Of a stretch of DNA of 64,000 nucleotides, positions 54,898 to 64,000 are shown piece by piece. The stretch is taken from contig OZ024743.1 in the NCBI GenBank assembly GCA_964016885.1, forward strand, positions 145,576,001 through 145,640,000. Direction: 5' to 3'. How positions within the stretch are numbered: the first letter of the stretch is position 1; each line of letters starts with the position of its first letter. The notes under the pieces are model-generated. The model was given only the letters and a program-made list of their open reading frames with translations, had not been told where the DNA came from and made no database searches. Made by a program: the position numbers and the translations under genes. Source of the stretch: Eledone cirrhosa (taxonomy: Eukaryota).

Positions 54898-55801
54898 TGT
54901 AATCACCGTATGTATACTAATAGTGATATAAATTTTCATTACGTATTTAAGTTCGAAAGCTAATTTAATTTAAATGAAATACCTATCTTAATGCAACTTG
55001 TGTAGATATCTATATAAAATAAAAGCAATGTTTTCAACATAATACTTGGAAATTTTACGTCTTCGTAACTGAAATTAATTCATTAATAAAATATTACATT
55101 TATTATATAACTTTCACTTTACTACACTACTTTTTCTAAGTTCTACTCAAAGATATCTATTATTTAATTTAAATTCAATATTTATTTTAATACACATTTT
55201 GCAGACAACTTTTTGTATGTGTGGTGGGAAGTTAAAGCAGTTTATTTAACTTCGTAATATTTGGAATGTTTTACTAAAATTTTTTATTAAATTTTTTAAT
55301 AAAATATTTTACTAACATTTTTTACAAATTTTTTTTAGTTTAAATTTCATTGAATACTGTCTTTGTTTTGAGATTTTGTATTCCTAAGTTCATAAACCGT
55401 TACAATAATTCATATAATCATATTCCCCACACAAACACACACTTCTTTTCGTCCAACTTTCATCCTATATTTGTTATTGTCCAATTATTTCACTACCCTT
55501 TGATCATATTTTGAATACAAAACTACTCCGGATATTTCAATTATTCTTATTTTCTTTTGTTTTCTATCTTTATTGATAATGCTACTCCACCCTTTATAAC
55601 TTTGCATCCTACAGTTGGTACTTTTAACACGACAATATCTATTCTTCTAGTATAGTTTGAAAATCGCGGATTTGGCGAAACTGTCATAAAATAAATATTT
55701 AACACATATTGTGCTCTTAATTCGGTGAATGTTTTTGCTTTATACCTAAACATAAACCTCATCTGTTTTAATATATATATATATTTGTGTGTGTGTGTGT
55801 G

Positions 55802-55885
<84 letters not shown>

Positions 55886-56056
55886 CAGAGACAGAAAAGC
55901 AGTCAACACAGTAAAATGAAAAATATATTAGTTTAACGCTTGTTATAGTAGGAAAAGAGTCTTTACCTTTCATTAGAAGATAACATGAGAAATAAAAGAT
56001 AAAATAGAAAGATTGAGAGTGAGAGGGAGAAAAAGCACGTGTGTTCAGTCAGCAAT

Positions 56057-56171
<115 letters not shown>

Positions 56172-56634
56172 TATATTATATTATATTATATTATATTATA
56201 TTATATTATATTATATTATATTATATTATATTATGTGTGTGTATATATATGATTAGTTTTTTCGTTGATTTGGTACTGTGTGGCTAGGTTTGCCTGCCGC
56301 AATTTTCAATTTGTCAAGCTGTCTAAACGTATGTTATTACTCATTACTCTAAGGCCGACAACCTTATCGAGTGCTTTGCTGCATATTCCTAATTGTAGGT
56401 CGTTAGCTTGGCCACAGCCAAAGCTTCGAGTTTACTAAGCTTCCACTTGTATATATATATGTGTACATTGAAGTTTCTAAATTTTCGGTATATATATATA
56501 TATATATATGAAGACAAACATAGAATATTCGAAAATATTCTGTATGTTTATAATAAACATTTTGAAGACCCAATCGCTATAGAATAGAATACGTCACGTA
56601 TTACAATTTGAGATTCTCGATAAAAGTAAGGGAA

Positions 56635-56677
56635 GTAATCTACGCGTTTCATTCTTGTTAAAAATCTTCAGGATTAC
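56635..56677 (-). ncRNA. type I hammerhead ribozyme, family A variant
   Basis: GTAATC-CTGAAGA-tTTTTaacaAGAAt-GAAA-CGCG-TA-GATTAC. Confidence 0.87.
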
Positions 56678-57094
56678 ATATCCAATACTTTTATCGAGAA
56701 CGACACAGCTAGAGACTTATAGAATACTTAGCTGTGTACAGGAACTGGTTTGATAGAGCGGTAGCCGGTCCGGCAGAAATTAGAATTTGGATTTAATGCT
56801 CTGAAATAGCGATATATATGTGAAGACAAACAGAATATTCGAAAATATTCTGTATGTTTATAATAAACATTTTGAAGACCCAATCGCTATAGAATAGAAT
56901 ACGTCACGTATTACAATTTGAGATTCTCGATAAAAGTAAGGTTTGTCTTCACATATATATCGCTATTTCAGAGCATTAAATCCAAATTCTAATTTCTGCC
57001 GGACCGGCTACCGCTCTATCAAACCAGTTCCTGTACACAGCTAAGTATTCTATAAGTCTCTAGCTGTGTCGTTCTCGATAAAAGTATTGGATAT

Positions 57095-57137
57095 GTAATC
57101 CTGAAGATTTCTAACAAGAATGAAACGCGTAGATTAC
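57095..57137 (+). ncRNA. type I hammerhead ribozyme, family A variant
   Basis: GTAATC-CTGAAGA-tTTCTaacaAGAAt-GAAA-CGCG-TA-GATTAC. Confidence 0.92.
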
Positions 57138-57294
57138 TTCCCTTACTTTTATCGAGAATCTCAAATTGTAATACGTGACGTATTCTATTCTATAGCGATT
57201 GGGTCTTCAAAATGTTTATTATAAACATACAGAATATTTTCGAATATTCTATGTTTGTCTTCACATATATATCGCTATTTCAGAGCATTAAATC

Positions 57295-57339
<45 letters not shown>

Positions 57340-57385
57340 GAAATGACAGGAGGCTGGATTTGTGTAAATCCTTGAAAGGTTTATT

Positions 57386-57443
57386 ATACTATGATCATTT
57401 CAATGACCGGGTTCCGTATGAATCCGGTGATATCATCAGGTAT
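57386..57443 (-). ncRNA. type I hammerhead ribozyme, family I
   Basis: ATAC-CTGATGA-tATcACCGGaTTCatacgGAAcCCGGTcATt-GAAA-TGATCA-TA-GTAT. Confidence 0.88.
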
Positions 57444-57562
57444 TCGAAATATAATACGTGAATGTAATAGATAAAATCCATGGGGCTGAAAATCGAGGAC
57501 CCGAGGGCGACCGCTATTCTGTTCCTTCAACCTCAGCCGGTCGCCTTACGTTGAGTACTCTC

Positions 57563-57628
57563 TATATTATTGCATTACGATTGACCATACGGAATAGACC
57601 AGCTCTATACAGTGGTGAACCTCAAACC

Positions 57629-57692
<64 letters not shown>

Positions 57693-57748
57693 GGTTTGAG
57701 GTTCACCACTGTATAGAGCTGGTCTATTCCGTATGGTCAATCGTAATG

Positions 57749-57758
<10 letters not shown>
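57563..57758. repeat. perfect palindrome (~70-bp arms) centred on (TA)n
   Basis: ...GAACCTCAAACCTGAA (TA)n TTCAGGTTTGAGGTTC... Confidence 0.92.
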
Positions 57759-57801
<43 letters not shown>

Positions 57802-58250
57802 TATATGCTTAGAGAGAATTCATCTATCTACGTACTGCAACTATTCATACCAATTCTCCTCCTTCTTAAGATTATTTTCTTTATTAGTATTTTTACTATC
57901 TATTCTTCTATACGCACGCTTACAGCCCCACCCTCTCCTGTTTCAGCAAACATTCAGACACACTGCACGCCTCTGCCTCTTTATATCTTATACCTTATAT
58001 CTTGAGTGTGTGTGTGTGTATATATATAATATAGTAGAATAATCGAGTATCGAAAAATCGGCGCACGAGTTCACGATAAACAAAATTCGAAATGAGCGGC
58101 AGAGGGCTCAATAATTCAGATAAATCAGAGCTATAACTATCGTTAAAATACCGTCACACATAGAACAAGTCCATAATCAACCATACGACCGAAAAATTGC
58201 GATCTGGAAGATTCGGGACACTCAGATAAAAAATCAATAAATCAATAAAT

Positions 58251-58290
<40 letters not shown>

Positions 58291-58452
58291 GTTATTCCGG
58301 GTTGAATCGGAGGTAACGACAGTAAGTAAGGTACTCAATACATAGCAGAGTATAAAAGTTTTAATATAGATGACATTTTACAGGACTAGAACTGTTTCAT
58401 TCTTTAGAAATCATGAAACAGTTCTAGTCCTGTAGAATATCATCTATATTAA

Positions 58453-58488
<36 letters not shown>

Positions 58489-58503
58489 CAAATAAAATCA
58501 GTT

Positions 58504-58640
58504 TAGTGTTTCTGAAGAGGACGGCCGATTGAACAGGGATTTCGTCACTAGAAATATGTACCAACTTAACCAATACCATACTAATCCATACATACATCTC
58601 CATTGATTAATCGACCCCCTGAAACGATCGTAAAACATTG
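58504..58640 (+). ncRNA. type I hammerhead ribozyme, family J, with ~100-nt domain II
   Basis: TAGTGTTT-CTGAAGA-GG..GGcCGATTGA[..]TTAATCGaCC.CCct-GAAA-CGATCG-TA-AAACATTG. Confidence 0.78.
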
Positions 58641-58885
58641 AACTAACTATCTACCTACACCTCACTTCTGTTCTTTTTTATTCTTCTATGCACAAACATA
58701 TATATATGTGTGTGTGTGTGTGTGAATAGAAGAATAAACAAAAACAGAAGTCAGGTGTAGGTAGATAGTTAGTTCATTGTTTTACGATCGTTTCAGGGGG
58801 TCGATTAGTCAATGGAGATCTATGTATGGATTAGTATGGTAGTGGTTAAGTTGCTACCTATTTCTAAACTGATTTTATTTGCTAG

Positions 58886-58989
<104 letters not shown>

Positions 58990-59120
58990 TCAAGATATAA
59001 GGATCTGTTAATATGCAGATTTGACTGATCAGTCAGTCTGCTAATATGCAAATCAGGCTGATCAGTCACTGTATATTCTAGAAAATATCATATTTTCACT
59101 AACTCTGACAGTTGACAGGT

Positions 59121-59183
59121 AAACAGTATACGGTACTGATGAAGGGTAATAACCCAGAAACATTAGTGTCTGGCGTTCTGTTT
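59121..59183 (+). ncRNA. type I hammerhead ribozyme, family K
   Basis: AAACAG.tata.CGgTA-CTGATGA-aGGGTaataACCCa-GAAA-CATtaGTG-TC-TGgCG.tt.CTGTTT. Confidence 0.85.
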
Positions 59184-59450
59184 ATATGCCAACACAAGTG
59201 CAAGAATGACGGGGGGTCATTCTACTCTCAGGGCTTAAAGTGGCTGTTTGTATAATTGCAAACGAATCGAATATTATTATTGTAGAAACAATTATTAATA
59301 TTCGAAAAACTCAGATATACGTTTCTTATATTCAGCCATGTAGATCGATAAAACTATTTGTTAGTTATATATAGGGATTGTAACATCCAGTTACTGTAGG
59401 TTCACCAGAGTGAGCACTCGATGCGTATTTTCCAGTAAGTATAGAGATGT

Positions 59451-59490
<40 letters not shown>

Positions 59491-59519
59491 ATCAAAAGAT
59501 GGTTAAAGGAGTTCCATGT

Positions 59520-59588
59520 ATTTTATTATGCGCATTTCAAAAACAAACATCATCATGCAATAATATTTGTGTTTTCATCAGATAAAAC
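59520..59588 (-). ncRNA. type I hammerhead ribozyme, family B variant
   Basis: GTTTTAT-CTGATGA-aaacACAAATATTATT gcat GATGATGTTTGTtttt-GAAA-TGCGCA-TA-ATAAAAT. Confidence 0.9.
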
Positions 59589-59800
59589 AGGAGAACATGA
59601 TATGAAGGCTAAAAAACACTTGTGGATAGTGCAGTTTTAAATCAACATATGAAAAGTGGTTTTAGATTGATGTGTGATATTGGGAAAAATATTTTATTTA
59701 GAGAGGGGGGGGGGGCATACTCCAGTCCTACAAACTGTAGAGTGCTTCTTATCCGATATCTGCATTGCTTTATTGTACTACAATAAAACTCACCTCCTAC

Positions 59801-59849
<49 letters not shown>

Positions 59850-60065
59850 CCAATATAAGCTTGTCTTTATTGACTTATATCGAGACAGACAAATTGTATT
59901 CACTTTAATTAGTTTATTTCATTAATAGCTAACTTTGTCTGTTGCAATGCAAACACGTTTCGTGTTTATCATATATTTTAATGTATTTAACTGCTCGGAA
60001 ATGCCCCTTTTCTTGGAGCTTGATTATTGTAAACGACTGAGAGTTTATTCTCAAAATATAATATA

Positions 60066-60129
<64 letters not shown>

Positions 60130-60814
60130 CTGAAAATTTAGAAGCTCCAACGTATTTTTTTTTTTTTTTCTATGAAAAATAGTCTAACAAATTGGACATA
60201 AAAGCCCAGGGACGGGAAAACGCTGTGTATATACACATAACTTCGTGCATAAAATGCCAGCACGAAAACTCTACAAAGAAGTAATTACCTACCTTCCTTC
60301 CATCCATCCATCAACACACACAGACGCATACTCACACACATACACACATACATACACATACACACAGACGCACTCACACACATACACACATACACACATA
60401 CACACACGACACCACATTTACCTTCCTTCCGTCCCTCAACACACAACACAAACACAACACACATACATGCACATACATACAGAAATCAATTATATTCATG
60501 CTGAGCTGGAGAAAACAATATTCTATCGATTCGTGAGTTCAATCTGTACAGACAAAACAGGCTTAGACTGTATAAATGCGTCCATTTAAAAGCAATAGAA
60601 TCATTGATACATGCAAGGTTTTGGTATGAACTAGTTAAGTTCTCTCTTCACGGAACAAATGGCAATATCTCACACTTTGTAAAATAATCAATTGTATAGA
60701 TTGTTCTCTTCTCTACGATAATTGCTTGATCATGATATGAACTAAGAGAAACACGCTTTTCTCCCGGTTTATGTAATATATATATTATCTTGTTTTGTTG
60801 TTTTTTTCTTTGTT

Positions 60815-60886
<72 letters not shown>

Positions 60887-61683
60887 ATATATATATATTA
60901 CGACTACATTGTTCAATGTGTCCTTTGTTCATTTGTGATAGGATGTGATTTGGGGGAAATTTAACTGCAGTTTCTAACAGGTCAAGTGATTGCACACAAC
61001 CTTCCTTCGTTTAAGGAAAGTATAATTGGCTGTTGTTGCTTAGCTCCAGTTCAAGGCTGATTGAACCGACCTGTTATTGTAATAGGCAATCCAGTCGTGA
61101 CCATCTTGTATCTTTGTATATCAGGAACTGCATTACTCACTATATCTTTTATTTAGGAGGGAGGGAGATTTGATTGCTATTTACAGTTGGTCGAGCCCCC
61201 CTGTAGATGTTCTCTTACATTAGGCAACAAAGATTTTGTTGTCTTATATGTGAGACTTGGGGTAGTAGAGTATGGTTATATTATAAAGAGTCGGGACTCG
61301 ACGGCTGAGCTCTTGCAGTTTCAACACGGAACTGCCTACGCTGTTAGTGCCTGGAACTAGCTGTTGAAACGGCAAGAGCTCAGCTGTCGGGTCCCGACTC
61401 TTTATAATATAACCATACTCTACTACCCCAATTATCGAGTATTCTGTTTTGTTATGGTTTAACCAGTTTCAAACTGATTCTATACATGATGGTAGATTGC
61501 TGTTGGAACCTCCAGTAGGATTGTTCTAGTATATAACACTCTAGAAATATCTTATAGAAGAAGCTTCTTATATGTTGAATGACTAATTATTTTATATGAC
61601 TTATGTATATCTTAGAACTATAATTAATATAGATTCTAATGTAGTGCACACGTAGCTATTGTTTTGAAATAATTTGATTTGTT

Positions 61684-61838
<155 letters not shown>

Positions 61839-62332
61839 TTAATTTTGTGTCAAAATTTTGAGTCGGTTTCAATGATGGATGTACCGGTTCTACGAGTAAC
61901 AGAACAGCCTACGCTGTTAGTGTATATTGGCTGTGTACTCCATAGACAAATGTACTCTTAACGTAATATTCAAAGAACCAATGAAGTACCTTATATGTAA
62001 TCACTTGATCCACTAGAGAAAGCAGTCAAATTTCCCTCATATTACACCCACCATCTTAAAAAAAGGAGATATTGGATAATGCAGTCTCAGCTGCACTGAG
62101 TCTAAGGGGAAAAGAGCAGATGGAATGCTTTTCATCCTTGCTCTACTCGACCAGTACTGACCTGGGCTAAACAACAACATCCCACTCAGGCAGAATTAGT
62201 GGGACAGCCTAACCAAGACGATCCTTTCAAATACTGGTACGGTCCATTCAACAAGCTTCCATAGTTTCTGTCATCCTGGTGTTACACCCAAGGCTTGCTT
62301 CAATATATGTACGCAGGTTGACTAGTGTACAC

Positions 62333-62527
62333 CAGACCTACCAACTTCTAAAATCCCAAACGGGGAGTACTATGAAAAAGAATGCCTCAAAACGAGGAAA
62401 AATGAGGAAAAATGGGGAGATGTTACATAATGAAAGCTATACCCATTTTCACAAGAGAAGGCATCTCTCATCCATCCCAAAGTGGGTGGAAAATCTCCCC
62501 GTCGAACAAGGAGAGTTGACAGGTCTG
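62333..62527. mobile_element. 6-bp-TSD MITE copy
   Basis: CAGACCTACCAACT...AGTTGACAGGTCTG; TSD GTACAC. Confidence 0.88.
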
Positions 62528-62790
62528 GTACACACATACATACACACATAAACACAAAACAGATACAACCACACATATAAACAAACCTTACACACCACAC
62601 ACCAGACACACTACACACACTACACACACCACACACACACACCACACCACACACCACACCACACACCATCACCATCACCACTACCATCACCACCACCACA
62701 CCAACACACATACACACAAATATTCTCATGTCTTTTTTGCACCCACAGTAATAACATCAAAGCGTGCCATTTATTATTGTCATTAATGAA

Positions 62791-63100
62791 GATAATTGTT
62801 TCTACGTTAGGCACAAGGCCAGCAATTACCCAGTGTATTACTGGTACTTATTTTATCGACCCCGTAAGGATGAAAGGCAAAGTTAACCTCGGCGGGATTT
62901 GAACTCAGAATGGCAAATGAAGATAATACAAGGCGATGGATTGGCAGAATCGTTGGAGTGTCGAACAAATATTTTGCAGTATTTGTTCTGGCTCTTTACC
63001 TTTTGAGTTCAAATGCCGCCAAGGTCAACTTCGCCTTTCATCCTTTCGGGGTCGATAAAATAAAGTACTAGTCGAATAGTGGGGTCTATTTAATCAACTC
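62791..63100. mobile_element. two tRNA-derived SINE copies in opposite orientation
   Basis: 62791-62915(-) and ~62930-63100(+) match the family core. Confidence 0.8.
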
Positions 63101-63457
63101 CACCCCCACCCTACAAAAAAATATGTTTACCTTATATATAAATCATTAATAAGGATAATAGTTTGGTTGTTTTTTACACCCCAGATAAAGCTGATCTATG
63201 ATCAAAGCCGTTGCAGCCATAACCGTCTCGTATTTGATATCAATGTCTAATTTATCAATGTCCAGTCGATTCTCCTTTATTTAAAACAACAGTGTGTAAT
63301 TTGGCTGATGATTTGGATGTTGTTTCTGTCAAGTCGGATGACTGCTTAAAGCGGGTTTGCCAGATCGGTTTCGTAAAAATGTTGGAAAAGTCTGCGGATT
63401 GTTAGAAAGTAGCCCAAAATGAAAATTTTGCAAATAAATTATATATACATGTGTGAA

Positions 63458-63675
63458 GGCGTGTGGCTGAGTGGTTAGAGAATTGGATTCGCAATCGTAA
63501 GGTTGTGAGTTCGATTCCTGGACCAGGCGATACGTTATGTCCTTGAGCAAGATACTTTATTTCAAGTTGCTCCTTCTACCTGCAGTTGCGACCGATAGAT
63601 AGTATTAGCAATTGGAAAGACCAACGGAAACATTGTTCCCTCGGTCCGATTTGACGAAAGTCGATCGTTCCTTTA
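63458..63675 (+). mobile_element. second tRNA-derived SINE family
   Basis: A-box TGGCTGAGTGG, B-box GAGTTCGATTCC; paralogue of 51530-51756. Confidence 0.85.
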
Positions 63676-63689
63676 CATGTGTGTTAGAG

Positions 63690-63882
63690 CAGACATGTCA
63701 AACTGAGGGTCCCCCGAGGGTCACATGGGTCACATATGTGTTGTCTGAGGGCCACACATGACAACTAATTGCTCACATTACAACTAACCTTTTTTATTTT
63801 ATATTACGAAGATAAAGCATGCTCGCGCTGTAAAAACGGGCCACAGGTGTGCTTGTAAAGGGCCGCATGTCTGACATGCTTG
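63690..63882. mobile_element. hAT (Charlie-like) MITE
   Basis: CAGACATGTCAAAC...GTCTGACATGCTTG TIRs; 8-bp TSD TGTTAGAG/TGTTAGAT. Confidence 0.8.
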
Positions 63883-64000
63883 TGTTAGATGGTACATGTA
63901 TGTGTGTTTTTAAGGATTGCTGTAGGTCGGTTCTAATTTACGTACTTCATAATTTAATTGTTTCTACTTTTTTGGCACAAGGCCAGCAATTATCCCAGTA

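Larger units (their letters stand above)
56508..57298. repeat. diverged family A (310-bp) repeat, about 1.4 units reverse then about 1.2 units forward
   Basis: homologous to 1-1410; inversion junction at 56940/56941; (TA)n flanks. Confidence 0.93.

Noticed and set aside
63458-63530. Functional tRNA gene
   Set aside because: No acceptor stem pairing; it continues into a SINE body shared with 51530-51756

Overview
AT-rich, microsatellite-saturated non-coding eukaryotic DNA. The repeat landscape suggests an invertebrate, probably a cephalopod such as octopus; this is inference only. No intact host gene is supportable, and most ORF-track entries are translations of (TA)n, (CA)n and (CATA)n tracts. 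The main signal is a very high density of type I hammerhead ribozymes (HHRs). Reading by eye I find about 30 structurally complete motifs (stem I-CUGANGA-stem II-GAAA-palindromic stem III-NUH-stem I') in about 12 sequence families, plus several defective or half copies. They lie in 310-, 525- and ~470-bp tandem arrays and in short solo elements, nearly always embedded in (TA)n tracts and often as fold-back palindromes. This looks like a diverse retrozyme / Penelope-like pLTR system, and compensatory base changes between paralogues support the RNA folds. Also present: 5'-truncated R4/Dong-like RLE retrotransposons inserted in (CATA)n, decayed CR1- and RTE-type LINEs, many tRNA-derived SINEs, a MITE family with 6-bp TSDs, hAT and Tc1/mariner MITEs, a Helitron helicase remnant, and inverted duplications centred on (TA)n tracts. 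All structures were paired manually; no folding or database search was run.
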